NCBI RefSeq assembly: GCF_009914755.1
Contig: NC_060925.1
Reading direction: 5' to 3' (one strand)
DNA from: the human T2T-CHM13v2.0 reference genome, Homo sapiens
DNA length: 64,000 nt
Within the stretch, counting starts at the first letter, position 1, and every line of letters starts with the position of its first letter. The position numbers and the translations under genes are program-made. The notes beneath the pieces were generated by a model that saw only the letters and a list, made by a program, of their open reading frames with translations, had not been told where the DNA came from and ran no database searches. Below, in pieces: positions 15,901-28,853 of this stretch.

Positions 15901-16208
15901 AAGTTGCCAAAACAGCAAAGATGGCAGTCCACCCCTCCCTTTAGTAACTCAGTCCCAGAAAGTTTTCAAATCTCTGTCAGCCAAAGAACATCAATGGGAG
16001 TGGCTGGAGGCCTTGGTTCAGAAGTACTGCCCAGTGATGAGGAACAGATCAGGGAACTGCTTAAGGAAGCAGTCTTTCCATGCTTTCATAGAGAAGTTGT
16101 GCCATGCTGGCATACCACTTCCATCCCCAGATGGTCTGGACTCTCCTAAGCCAAGAGTCTGAAATGGCTAAGTTTTCCAAACAGTAAAGATGGTGGCCCG
16201 CCCCTCCT
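9958..16208 (-). mobile_element. near full-length older L1 (L1PA13-16/L1PB-like): 5' UTR, ORF1, ORF2, 3' UTR; inactive
   Basis: Minus-strand ORFs 10254-10676, 11794-12117, 12567-12884, 12881-13168 and 13334-13579 are ORF2p pieces ([22 protein letters not shown]). The T-rich tail is at ~9960-9990, ORF1 at ~14400-15400 and a repeated 5' UTR at ~15550-16208. Confidence 0.93.
12298..12593 (-). mobile_element. Alu (old S/J type) inserted into L1 ORF2
   Basis: A poly(T) is followed by ...cccagcctggagtgcagtggc...gctgggattacaggcat. L1 sequence resumes in register after it. Confidence 0.95.
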
Positions 16209-16520
16209 GAAATATTTTTAAAAGCCCCAGCATCATATTAAGAGAATTATGACCTAGTGGGATTTATTCCAGAAGTACACAGATGAATCAATATTGAACA
16301 TGGTGATAACTCCAAGAAAAAATATCCTATGATGGCTGTCTCCATAGATGCTAATGTAGCATTTCATAAAATTCAACAATCTTTTGGATTTTTAAAAAAT
16401 CACACAATAATTTAGTCATAGATAAATACTTCCTTAACATAAGAATTGTATATTTTTCCTTCAAATCCAGCATCATGCTTAATAGAAAATACTAAAAGCA
16501 ATGCCACTAAAATAAAAAGA
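16209..16520 (+). mobile_element. old L1M ORF2 fragment, right part
   Basis: gacctagtgggatttattccagaa, tccatagatgct...gcatttcataaaattcaac correspond to degenerate DQVGFIP / [12 protein letters not shown]. Confidence 0.7.
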
Positions 16521-16782
16521 AAACTCAGGATCTCAGTGATAACATCTTTAGCTAATAGTGTAACTGTGATATTTTGTGCATATATATTCATAAATGTATG
16601 ATTTAATTATAAATAGAAGCCTTTAGCAAAAGAAATGTTCCTTCATCTAGTTTAACGCTTTGGGGTCTGAATTTTATTTGTTTTATATTAAGATCACCAC
16701 TCCTACTTTTTCTTTTAAATGTGTATTTTCATCATTTATTTTTGTTAGTCACTAAAATTATCCTGCTTAACATTCCCTTTTT

Positions 16783-17420
16783 GTGTCAGCCATAAACCAA
16801 AGCCACTGTAAGTATCATAGCAGTAAAAGGGTTAATTTAGCAATTAATTAGAAATTACACAAATGTTAGAGGAGCTAGAAAAGTGAAGTTCTGGAAATGG
16901 GGAATTGGAGGTTCAGAGAAATAGGCACCTACCACACTGCCTAAAGTACAGGCATGGGTGTGATGTCTGAATTTGTCAGAACATCCAAGAAGCCATGCAC
17001 ATCTGTCTACAAACATAGTCTGCACTGGGGATGTTTATAGAGTGACTAGAGAAAATGGCCTCCTGTGTGGGCTCTGCAGCCTCTGCCTGTGCATAACCAT
17101 GGCCCTGATGGTGAACACTAAGTCAGTGTTGGTCAGCAGCTCAGATGTTCAGGAGATACATTGACTCAAAGCAGGAGGAGGACAAGAATAGCTGAGGTCT
17201 ACCAGGTAAGCTGCATTTGACCATTACCATGTCTGACCACCACGGTCTTCCGAAAGAAATGTCCTTGGCTTCCCTTCCACCCTCCAGACCTTGCAGGAAT
17301 TCCTGCCTTTGACCACTTCTAACCAGGCACCACAGAATGAAGAGGAATCTGGGAAACAGTTTCCAGACTTAGATAGTAGCAGTAATATCAGTTTGACAAC
17401 AGATAATTCAGTATTCCTTC
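16783..17420. mobile_element. ancient ERVL/MaLR-class LTR fragment (family uncertain)
   Basis: The start tgtgtcag...aaagccactgtaagtat...aaagggttaattta resembles old ERVL-type LTR ends, and GC content is locally raised. Confidence 0.4.
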
Positions 17421-17654
17421 ATGTGATTTAGTATGCTTATTTATATACTACATAATTAAAATTTTAGAATGACTTTGACTCACAGATATTTCAAATATGG
17501 CAATCAACAAACTTACTCTATTTTCCATGTTCTTCCTCTATTCTTCTCCTACTTTGTAAATGGTTGACATTTTCCCATTGTTAGGGCTTATTAAATTTAT
17601 ATTTGGTTTGTCCTCATCTCCACATTCCCTCTAGTCTTGGTTCTTAATAAGATA

Positions 17655-18341
17655 TAGAGAGGAGGAAGGAATAAACCAGTCAGGCATGCAGTAAGTAAAC
17701 CTCTTTCAAAATAAGAACACCCTAAAAATCAAGCTGCAGCTCCAGATAAGAAAGAGCCCACATCCTTGAATGGAAATGCCTACTCTCTGAACCTAGATGA
17801 ACAAATTCCACTCCTTTTTTGGACACATTTCCCTCTCCTGTGCACCTTTGTCTCATTTCATGTGCTTCCTCCCAACTGGTCCTTACCTTCCACCTATTTT
17901 ATGTATACCTATCTTTCTGTGATTGGCCACAGGATGAATCTTCATTTGCAAAAAGTGTAATGTCACTCCAGCCCCTGAATGATTGGGGGCCAAGCCTTCA
18001 TCTCTGCCTTCAATTGGTTCTTTTCACTATTGTGTCTCTTTCTGAGTGGTGCTTTCTTCAAAACAGCCCACAGACCAGTGAGCACATTCCTACCCCTTCC
18101 CAGTCCATAAAGACCCCAAACGTAGCCCCACAGCCAGCAACTCTCTTTCAGGTCCCCTCTCTTTGCTGAGACCTTTTCTGTCATTTAATAAATCTGACTC
18201 TGCCTTACTCTTTTGTGTCCATGTGCCTTATTCTTCTTGACCATGGGACAAGAACCTGGAGCTCACTGGTGGCAGGAGTAAAAGAGTTGTAATACTCCCT
18301 CCCTCTCACCAAACAACAACAGGAGTGCAAAAGTTGGAACA
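17655..18341 (+). mobile_element. ERV1-class solo LTR (LTR9/MER50-like)
   Basis: TATA-like cataaaga at ~18107, AATAAA at ~18187, and a U5 ending gggacaagaacctgg...aaagagttgtaa...ggaaca. Confidence 0.65.
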
Positions 18342-18344
18342 ATG

Positions 18345-19400
18345 TGTTCCAATTTCATTACTTTTACATTGCTTTCCAGTTGCCCCTTGTTTGATTAAGG
18401 TTCATCAGTCAACAGTTTGCTCAATAAGCACTTATGGGAGCAATAACTCCTGAATAAATTATATATTCAAAACAATTTATCTGTTGAATTTTCACTTGAA
18501 GTATAACTTGGCTGAACAGATAATTATTGGCTTACACATTTCACCCTGCCTATCATATAGGTATCACTCTATTGTCCTGTGTTGCTGAATACTGCTCAAG
18601 AAAAACATGAGTTTGGATCAATTTGTTTTATTCTCTTTTACCTGACTTGATATTAGGCCTACCTTTGAAAAGCATTCTTTTTATTTTTAAGAATCAATAA
18701 CTTTATTAAGATGTACCTCAGTATTGACCATTGAGGTTTAAGTTGCCCTGGCCTATGGTATGCCTTTTGAATAATACGAAACCAAGCCTTATTTTATTTC
18801 AGGAATGTTTGCTTTAATTATATGTTTCTATATTCTGTTCTATTATTCTAGCTTTCTTCTTGCTTAACTCCAATTATGTGTATTTTATTTCCTTTACTTT
18901 TCTTCAGTATCTAACCATTCCCTTGACATTTTTTGAACTCCTCTGTATTTCCATGTTATTTTGGTAACTTTTCTCATTCTGTACTCCAGGTCTCTTCCTC
19001 TGTTATCCTCAATGTATACATTGCCTTGTGCTTCTTCCAATTTTTTCTTCATTTCTGTGATATTTTTTGTTTCTTCTACTTTTTTCCTGTGTTCTGTCAA
19101 CATACATTTCATTATCTCCTGTTTCCTTACCATATTTTCCCTAAAATCTTGTGTTTTCACTTTTAGGCCTTTCCTCATAGAAGTAATTATTTTATTATTT
19201 GATTTTTCTAACTTTTTAGTTCATGATTAAATTTTTGGTTAGAAATTTCTCCCGTCCCTTTTCATTTTGTGAGTTGTTCTTTGAGGAAGTCTTTCCCATT
19301 ATATTTCTTATAGTATTTTTTGTGTCAATGTTGGGCTAACTTTTACTTCCAACTATGGAATAAAATAGATTTTTCTTGTCTAGATATTGTAAGATTTTCC
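18345..19400 (-). mobile_element. old L1M ORF1-region fragment
   Basis: ORF 18894-19178 (-) is a degenerate L1 ORF1 coiled coil (ITEMKKKLEEAQG..IEDNRGRDLE). Confidence 0.6.
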
Positions 19401-19612
19401 TTTAAGAAGTACAATTTCACCAATATTTTCTAAGATATGTCACCATTCATCCATTTTTCTCCTCTGTATATTTATTTTATTCATTTTGCCCCATTTGTCA
19501 TTTCAGGTTCTGTTTTGTCCTCTCCAGATCCCATGGTCCCTTGTTCATATTGGCCTTCCCTGAGATCTGCTGCTCCTGGGTCACTTTGCTCTTTCACTTC
19601 TGTGTGGCTTAT

Positions 19613-22600
19613 TGTATTCGTCCATTTTCATGCTTCTGATAAAGATAGACCCAAGTCTGGGAAGAAAAAGAGGTTTAATGAATTTACATTTCCACATGGC
19701 TGGGGAGGCCTCACAATCATGGCAGAAGGCAATGAGGAGCAAGTCACATCTTACATGGATAGCGGCAGGCAAAAAGAGAGCTTGTGCAGGGAAACTCCTC
19801 TTTTTAAAACAATCAGATCTCACAAGACTTATTCACTATCATGAGAAAAGCACAAGAAAGACCCACCGTCATGATTAAATGATTCAATTACTTCCCACTG
19901 GGTCACTCCCATGACACATGAGAATTGTCGGAGTTGAAATTCAAGATAAGATTTGGGTGGGGGCACAGCCAATCCATATCATTCCACTCTGGCCTCTCCC
20001 AAATCTTATGTCCTCACATTTCAAAACCAATCATGCCTTTCCAACAGTCCCCCAAAGCCTTAACTCATTTTAGTATTAACCCAAAAGTCCACAGCAAAGT
20101 CTCATCTGAGAAAAAGCAAGTCCCTTCTACTGATGAGCCTGTAAAATTAAAAAACAGTTAGTTATTTCCTAGATAAAACAGGGGTGCAGGCATTGGGTAA
20201 ATACAGTCACTCCAAAAGAGATAAATTGGCCAAAACAAAGGGGCTACAGGCCCCTGCAAGTCCAAAATCCAGCAGCACAATCAAATCTTAAACTCCAAAA
20301 TGACCTCCTTTGACTCCATGTCTCACATCTGGGTCATGCTGATGCAAGAGGTGGGTTCCCATGGTCTTGGGCAGCTCCACCTCTGTGGCTTTGCAGGGTA
20401 CAGACTCCCTCCCAGCTTCTTTCATGGGCTGGTGTTGAGTGTCTGTGACTTTTCTAGGTACACGGTGCAAACTGTAGGTGGATCTACCATTCTGGGCTCT
20501 GGAGGATGGTGGCCCTCTTCTCACAGCTCCACTAGGTGGTGCCACAGTAGTGATTCTGTGTGGGAGCCCTGACACCACATTTCCCTTCTGCACTGCCCTA
20601 GCAGAAGTTCTCCATGTAAGCCCCAACCCTGCAGCAAACTTCTGCCTGGACATCCAGACATTTCTGTACATCCTTTGAAATCTAGGTGGAGGTTCCCAAA
20701 CCTTAATTCTTGACTTCTGTGCACCTGCAGGCTTAACACCACATGGAAACTGCCAATGTTTGGGGCTTGCAGCCTTTGAAGCCACAGCCTGAGCTATACT
20801 TTGACTTCTTTTAGTCATGACTGGAGCAGCTGGGATGCAGGGTATGAAGTCCCCAGACTGCACACAGCATGGGGACTCTAGGCCCGGCCCCTGAAACCAT
20901 TTTTTTCTCCTAGGCCTCTGGGCCTGTAATGAGAGGGGCTGCCATAAAGACCTCTGACATGCTCTGGAGACATTTTCCCCATTGTCTTGGGGATTGACAT
21001 TTGGCTCTTCATTACTTATGCAAATTTCTTCAGCTAGCTTGAATTTCTCCTCTGAAAATGAGATTTTTTTTCTATCACATTGTCAGGCTGCAAATTTTCC
21101 AAACTTTTGTGCTCTGTTTTCCTTTTAAAACTGAATGCCTTTAACAGCACCCAAGTCACATCTTGAATGCTTTGCTGCTTAGAAGTGTCTTCCACAAGAT
21201 ACCCTATATCATCTCTCTCAAGTTTAAAGTTCCAAATTTCTGGGGCAGAGGTAAAATGCCGCCAGTCTCTTTGCTAAAACATAACAAGTGTCATCTTTTT
21301 TCCAGTTCCCAACAAGTTCCTCAACTCCATCTGAGACCACCTAGCCTGGACCTTATTGTTAATATCACTATTAACATTTTGGTCAAAGCCATTCAACAAT
21401 TCTCTAAGAAGTTCTAAACTTTCTTACATTTTCTGTCTACTTTTGAACACTCCAAACTGTTCCAACCTCTGCTGTTGTGGGAAGTCAGGAACTCCAAATG
21501 GAAGAACCGGCTGAAGCCATGGCAGAAGAATGTGAATTGTGAAGATTTCATGGACATTTATTAGTTCCCCACTTTAATACTTTTATAATTTCTTATGCCT
21601 GTCTTTACTGCAACCTCTGAACATAAATTGTGAAGGTTTCATTGACACTTATCACTTCCCCAATCAATACCCTTGTGATTTCCTATGCCTGTCTTTACTT
21701 TAATCTCTTAATCCTGTCATTTTCATAAACTGAGGAGGTTGTATGTCACCTCAGGACCCTGTGATGATTGTGTTAACTGCACAAATTGTTTGTAGAGCAT
21801 ATGTGTTTGAGCAATATGAAATCTGGACACCTTGAAAAAAGAACAGGATAACAGCAATGTTCAGGGAACAAGAAAGATAACCTTAAACTCTGACCACTGG
21901 TGAGCCGGGTGGAACAGAGCCATATTTCTCTTCTTTCAAAAGCAAATGGGAGAAATATCACTGAATTCTTTTTCTCAGCAAGGAGCATCCTTGAGAAAGA
22001 GAATGCATCCCTGAGGGTGGGCCTCTAAAATGGCCCCCTTGGGTGTGGCTGTCTTTTATGGTCGAGCTGTAGGGATGAAATAAGCCTCAGTCTCTCATAG
22101 TGCTCCCAGGCTTATTAGGATGAGGAAATTCCCACCTAATAAATTTTGGTCAGACTGGTTGTCTGCTCTCAAACCCTGTGTCCTGATAAGATGTTATCAA
22201 TGACAATGCATGCTGAAACTTCATTAGCAATTTTAATTTTGCCCCAGTCCTGTCATCCTGTGAACTCGCCCTGCCTCCATTTGCCTTGTGATATTCTACC
22301 ACCTTGTGAAGCACGTGATCTCTGTGACCCCCACGCTATTCGTACACTCCCTCCCCTTTTGAAAATCACTAATAAAAACTTGCTGGTTTTACGGCTCAGG
22401 GGGCATCATGGAACCTACCGACATGTGATGTCTCCCCTGGATGCCCAGCTTTAAAATTTCTGTCTTTTGTACTCTGTCCCTTTATTTCTGAAACCAGCTG
22501 ATGCTTAGCGAAAATAGAAAAGAACCTACATGAAATTGGGGGAAGGTTCCCCTGATACTCTGCCTGTTACCCAGTCCCAAAGTCGCTTCCACATTTTTGG

Positions 22601-23004
22601 GAATTTTTTTAGCAACACCCCACTCTACTGGTACCAATTTGCTGTATTAGTCCATTTTCACACTGCTGATAAAGACATATTCCAGACTGGGAAGAAAAAG
22701 AGGTTTAATGGACTTACAGTTCCACATGGCTGGGGAGGCCTCACAATCATGGCAGAGGCAAGGAGGAGCAAGTCATGTCTTACATGAATGGTGGCAGGCA
22801 AAAACAGAGAGCTTGTGCAGGGGAACTCCTCTTTCTAAAACCATCAGATAGGGTGAGACTTACTCACTATCATGAGAACAGCATAAGAAAGACCCACCCC
22901 CGTGATTCAATTACTTCCCATTGGGTCCCTCCCATGACATGTGGGATTTGTGGGAATTGTAATTCAAGATGAGATTTGGGTAAGGACACAGCCAAACCAT
23001 ATAA
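19613..23004 (-). mobile_element. complete THE1 (THE1B/C-like) MaLR provirus: LTR 19613-19981, internal 19982-22642 (interrupted by MER11), LTR 22643-23004
   Basis: Two homologous LTRs (tgtatt.gtccattttca...ccatat.a) flank THE1-int sequence. The 5-bp TSD is CTTAT (19608-19612) / CTCAT (23005-23009). Confidence 0.95.
21473..22557 (+). mobile_element. MER11 (HERV-K11/HML-8) solo LTR nested in THE1-int
   Basis: Starts tgttgtgggaagtcagg..ccggctgaagccatggcagaagaa and ends ttcccctgata. It has a perfect 6-bp TSD, CTCTGC (21467-21472 / 22558-22563). Confidence 0.95.
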
Positions 23005-23935
23005 CTCATACTATTTTTCAATTCATTCATTTTCTCTGCCAATTTTATTTGCCTTTAGCAGCCTTTGCACTTTAAAAATCTATGGGATATATTTGTTTTC
23101 TAGTTTCAATAGAAAAGGGAAGCAGTGTTTTTTTTTTTAACTTGCCTTGTTGTTTCTATAACACACATAGTAGGAAAATGGAAAACATTTACTAGAAGTG
23201 AATAATTCTGTTTTTACCTTTGAAAAGCAATAGTTTCAAAATAATCTGGCTTTATGTTCAGCAGCCAATTACATAATTTCCTTGCATACCATATGCTCCT
23301 TTCATTTCCAGAGTAGTTTCTTTCCTATTTTCTTCCTGATATATATCTTAGAAATCATCTTTTGTTCCACTGATTGGATTCTCCCTTCAGAGACACTGAT
23401 TATATTTTACTGGTTTATCTCTTTTTGACATCTTTACCTTTTCAAGCTGAATGCACTGCATTGATCTCAGCTCTTCCTTTCATATCAGTATTTTAATTTG
23501 TATTGCTACTGATTTCTGTGCATTGCTATTTTTAATGGATGTATTTGGGCAATAATAATGTGTTTGCAGGCTCAATTTATTGTCTGGTGTATAATGGATG
23601 TTGTGGTGCACCACACACAGAGATGCTAATCTGCCATGAGTGTTAGCTGCTAGTGGCTCACAGCTTAGTTTTTGTCTGAGGATTGCCCTGGATCAAAAGG
23701 AGCTTCCTCAACCAAAGTTTCATGCCTTCCCTCCAAAGGAACAGATCATATTAAATGACGGGCCTATGGGAGCCACACACAAGCCTGGCCTCCTTGCCAC
23801 AATTCAAGACAACAACAGTTACTCCAATCCCAGAACACCCCATGGGATTGCCCTAGGTCCCTGTCACAGCTTAACTTCTCCCTCTGCCCTACCTTGCTTC
23901 CCCCATTACCTAATATGCATTGCTCTGAGTGTATT

Positions 23936-24383
23936 TGTGGCAGATTAAAGATGGCCACACATTCTTTGACACTCCTCCCACCCAGGGGTCGGATCTAAGT
24001 TTCTTCCCCTTTAACTTGGGCTAACCTATGACTACTTCGATGAGCAGACTGCAGTGGAAGGAACAATATAACAGTTTAGAGCTAATCTTTAAGAGGAGTT
24101 AGAACCTTAGGAATTCCTGGAATTATATGGAAAGAGAGAAGAGTCCAGATGAGTGTGACTTTCTAGTAAGCTCTCCCAACACATGAGATGTGTGAGTGAT
24201 CTGCAGATCAGTCCAGCTGCCAAGAGAATATAACCCCAAGTGACCACAGTCAACTGCACATGGAATAAAATAATCACTTAGCCAAGCCGTACCTATATTC
24301 TGACCTACATGATTGTGGGATATAATAAAGCAGTTTTTTTAAGCCCACGTTTTTTTGTTATGCAGCAATAGATAACTCAAACC
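23936..24383 (+). mobile_element. MLT1G/H-type MaLR solo LTR
   Basis: tgtggcagattaaagatggccac..ttctttgacactcctccc ... tgttatgcagcaatagataac, with a TSD-like GTATT/GCATT. Confidence 0.85.
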
Positions 24384-25366
24384 GCATTTCTCACACTTAA
24401 TCTACATTTCAGAGCCCGTATTTTAATAAATTAATTGATATGACAATTTATAAGGCAACCAATATGAGAAGTAATTCTAGGAAGCCGACCCAAAAATGGG
24501 TTTGCCAATGGTTTGTGTCACCATTGGCAGGTTAGCAATTAGGACATCATTATTTGTTGCTACATGGAAAATTAATGGCTCCTGTTATACTATGTCATTG
24601 CCATTGATGAAACCTCAACTAGAGGTGAATTGGGATCAAATACTAGAGGAAGGGAATGCACTGGCAGATTCAGTGTCTTGAGTGTTTGAGAGATGCAGAC
24701 ATAATAGTAACTACTAGGACTGCAGATTCAGATGGGTATTGCTGAGTGACACTGATGCATTAGTGAAAGACAATAAAAGGCTTAAAGTGATTAATCACTA
24801 GTAGAATTGAGGGCCTTCTTGGCATCATATAAATAGTCTCTTATTTCCTATAGTTGGAATGCAGACAAATGTTGTGAGTGAGGCTTAGATTTTAATTCTA
24901 AGGATGGCAAAGTTGAAGAGAAGTTTGCATGGCTAGGGCGTTACGCTATGTTCAGGTCCCTGACTGGACAAAGTGGAACACTGAGATTTGACTGAACCAG
25001 CTGGGTTGACACTGTTGAATACATTGAATCTCCAGATTCTTCTGAAACCTCCTGAAGAAGTAGTTCATTCCTTCCAGTTAAAGGCTAGTGTCATCCTTAT
25101 CAAAGATGGTATAGAAACACCAGAGCATGTGTCCCCAACTTCCCTTTTACCCACCAGATCAAAAATTTTGGCTAAGACAGACAGCCAAGAAAGTGCTGCA
25201 CCTGCCAAGGGTAGAAGAGAATAAACCAATGTATACAGTGCATCCAAAGGTACTGGATCAAGGACAATAGAAAGTTGAATAAAACATAGCTTAATAAAAT
25301 ACGAACAATTTTCTGCGATACATGATAATCACCCTGGCAAGAATGGTGCTAACACACTGCTTAGAT

Positions 25367-25705
25367 CGGGGTGCCCAACCCCCTGGGCCATGGACTCATA
25401 CCAGTCCCTGGCCTGTTAGGAACAGAGACACACAGCAGGAGGTGAGCAGAAGGCAAATGAGCATTACCACCTGAGCTCCACCTCCTGCCACATCAGCGGA
25501 GGCATTAAATTCTCATAGGAGTGTGAACCCTATTGTGAATTGGACATGTGAGGGATCTCTCTTGGGCACTCCTTATGAGAATCTAACTAATGCCTCATTA
25601 TCTCAGGTGAAATAGTTCCATCCCGAAACCATCCCCCACCCCGTCCATGAAAAAATTGTCTTCCCCAAAACCAGTTCCTGGTGCCAAAAAGTTTGGGAAC
25701 CGCTG
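25367..25705 (+). mobile_element. MER1B hAT-Charlie MITE
   Basis: About 340 bp, with TIRs ggggtgcccaacc / gtttgggaaccgctg and flanking cttagat / ctcagat duplication. Confidence 0.9.
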
Positions 25706-26334
25706 CTCAGATGACCCTTGGAAGCTTGGAGAAAGTGACAGTCCACAGTAAAAGTGATGCAGAAATGCTGGAACTACTGTGGTAGATTGTAAAAGAAGGG
25801 ATCAAAAAGCTAGAAGTGGGCATGTGATAGTTAATGAAATGCATGTGGTCAGAATTACTAAAATGATAAAAGTGCAAAGCTCAGTGGTAGCTGTTATCTA
25901 CAACCAGGCTTGTTAAATATTTGGAATCCTGTTAACAACAGAAAGGAGAGAACCCTGAAATAGTAGAGTCCAGGTGGTATTGACTAAAATTTAGAAGCAT
26001 GATAAGCATATTCAGTATAAAGAGCAGGAAAGTTTGAATGTAAGCCAGATGTTCTTAGAGATGAGATATGTAGATGGGCAGCCAAGAAGGATACTGCTAT
26101 GTTTATACAAGCAGAAGAAAATAAAGATGGATGATCATGAGCCTGTGGAAACGTCTCTAGTAAAATGATCATGCCTTGCCCAGTTTCTGAAATGAGCCAT
26201 TTTCTCAGGCCCAGAATCCCATTAATGTAGGAGAAGTCAGGCACCCGTGAGGAAAAATCCTTAAATACCTCTAAATGTATAGTAATGATTCCCACAGTGC
26301 ATTCCCAAAAAGAACCTATGGCCATTTATTCACA

Positions 26335-27890
26335 CAAACAAACAATGTAGAAAGAGAAAAGCTAATCAATTCACAAGAAATATTGAAGGACAGTGAGCAA
26401 AAAAACAAAAGTTGGAAGAGAAAACAAAATAGTGGAAATGCACTTTAAAATATCAGTGATTATAGGAAATGCACAATGGATGTTATCAATAAAAGTCAAA
26501 TTTTGTCACACTTAATTAAAAAGCTAAATCCATGTATATGCTATTTATGAAAGCCACATCTAACACATAAGCACACTGAAAATTTAAAAGTAAAGAAGTG
26601 ATAAAAAGATATACTAGGTACATACTAATAAAAATGAAGCTGGTGCAGCTATACTACTAGGCTGGTGCAAAACTAATTGCAGTTTTTGCCATTAATTTTA
26701 ATTTTAATGGCAAAACCACAATTACTTTTGTATCAACCTAATAATATTAGGCAAATGAACATCAACGTAAAAAGCATTGTTATGGATATAAAGGGAAACT
26801 TCATAACAATGAAGTTTTCAATATATCAGGTAGAAACAAAAATTACAAACTTGAATATGTATACTAGATAAAATATATACAAAATGCATAAGGACAAAAC
26901 TTAACAGAACTAACTATATGGAGAAATAGTTGAACTGCATGTCAAAGTGAAAAATGTTAAAATATCTCTTTTCATAACTTGTATATTCAACAGAAAAAAA
27001 TAATAGAAAAGATAAAAAAAATAAGTTTGAAATAGTGGACATATATAGAATCCTGCACCCAACAGTTAGACAAAACTCTGTTTTTAACCAAATTACAAAA
27101 CTTGATAACAATCTGGCAAAGAAGATACTTTCAACATATTTTAAAAGATTCACAATATGTGTTTGCAAGGTAAAGTTGAAAACTACAAAAACAAACAAAC
27201 AAGCAAATATATTTGGAAACCAATAAGCATATTTCAATAAAACTCATGTGTCAAAGGAAAACTTAATAACAACTAGGCTACATATCTAACTTCATCAAGA
27301 AAAGAGATGCTACAGGTAAGCTCATTAAAAACAAAGGAGGCATAAAACTATAGATGCAATGGAAATTGAAAAGATTATAAAATTATGTAAATAAAAATAT
27401 TCAAAAAATTGAAGTAATTTTTAGAAAATTACTCAAAAATAAATAGAAACCCTGAGTAGTTCTATGACCAGTATATTTATTGAGTGTGTAGTAAATCTGT
27501 TCACAAAGAAAGAAACCCCTAGAATTGAACCCTGCCAAATATAAAAGGAACATAAAACTGCCATCTTTCACAAACGTTTCCAGGCTCTACTGTTTTTTAT
27601 CCTTGTCTGGGTAAATGACTTACCTGTCACTATTCTCATCTACAAAGTGGGATTAATAATACTACTCACCTCATAAAGTGATTATGAGGATTAAATAACT
27701 TAGTGCTTGTAATGTGCTTTCAACAGAGTCTAGCATATATTAAGCACTTTGTAAGTTTTTCCTGTCATTATTATCATAGAAAAATCTTAATACCAGTAAA
27801 TGACAAGAATAGTATGGGAACAAAAATCATAAGCTAATTTCATCCATGAACATAGAGGCAAAAACTGTAAACAACATATAGTGTAAATCT
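26335..27890 (+). mobile_element. old L1M ORF2 fragments (with MADE1 and a MIR at ~27600-27770 inserted)
   Basis: Degenerate endonuclease-region motifs (gacatatatagaatcctgcacccaac = DIYRILHP). Confidence 0.7.
26657..26741. mobile_element. MADE1 (Hsmar1-derived MITE), palindromic
   Basis: taggctggtgcaaaactaattgcagtttttgccatt...aatggcaaaaccacaattacttttgtatcaaccta, flanked by TA. Confidence 0.92.
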
Positions 27891-27934
27891 GTCATAACAC
27901 CATTAGTGAAGTCTGAAAATCCAACTTAAAAATA

Positions 27935-28163
27935 TTATGGCTGGCAGTATCGCAGTGAAAAGACCAGGGCAAGTGTGTTGGGAGTTCCTTTCCTGCTCTT
28001 GCTTATAATTTAATGCCATCTGGTGAGAGTTGTCCACTCTGGGCTATATATCAGTGGAAATGGATAGCACAAGTTAGATTTTCTTAAGACACGTTTTTCA
28101 TTGTTGATGCTCGTTAGACTTACTAATGCTGCATTTTATAATTCTTATGCACTAACTTGAACC
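27935..28163 (-). pseudogene. candidate fossil exon
   Basis: tatttttcgtacttag|G reads VQVSA*EL*NAALVSLTSINNEKRVLRKSNLCYPFPLIYSPEWTTLTRWH*IISKSRKGTPNTLALVFSLRYCQP*. The donor is unclear. Confidence 0.35.
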
Positions 28164-28853
28164 CTAAGTACGAAAAATATAACTAACCTTTTTTCTCACA
28201 TAATAAAAGTTAAATGTTCTTATTTCTTTCAATAACTTAACTTGAAAATATATCAAAGTTTGGTGAATTTCAATTGAACCTTAAATTGACTCTTGTCTAG
28301 AGAAAGTTGGTTATACTTTTAGAAAAAAATCTATAGCTCAATATGAAATGCCACTCTAGCACAAAATAACTGAAATCCTCTATAAATAAAGATAAAAACA
28401 ATGTATATCTTTTCTTATTAGTGGTAAATGAAATTGGCAGAGCAATATTAGAAAAGCTTTGAGGTATATATATTTTAAATTCTAATTAAATTTTACCAGA
28501 TTGGCTGCAATTCACTAATAATAAATACATCATGTTAATCCTGTATTCTTTTAAACACTGGGCTGTTATCCACTTCCATTTTATTTTAACAACATGGAGT
28601 TCTAGATTTATTCCTGATCATTAAAAAATTATAATCACATCTATAAAAAGCATTTTATTTTAATATTTAATGTGATTTTTAAAGAACAATATGCATCAGA
28701 CATCAAATAACTCTATTTTAAAAATAGAAATTTTCTATTAACTGGCAATAAATTCAACCAGCAGAACATTAAATCTGTTCATAGTTATATTTTGTTTTAA
28801 ACATGGCAAAATATGTTTTCAATTTCAGCTGGTATGTTGGTTGGTGCTAGTAC

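Larger units (their letters stand above)
23588..26330 (+). mobile_element. LTR16-type ERVL LTR plus ERVL internal sequence, interrupted by MLT1 and MER1B
   Basis: The start ggatgttgtggtgcaccac..cag matches LTR16. The LTR resumes at ~24389, followed by degenerate ERVL gag-like sequence (ORFs 24496-24681, 24988-25224). Confidence 0.65.

Noticed and set aside
20288-20863. 191-aa minus-strand ORF
   Set aside because: It lies within THE1 internal sequence, a common MaLR-int remnant frame, and there is no evidence of exaptation.
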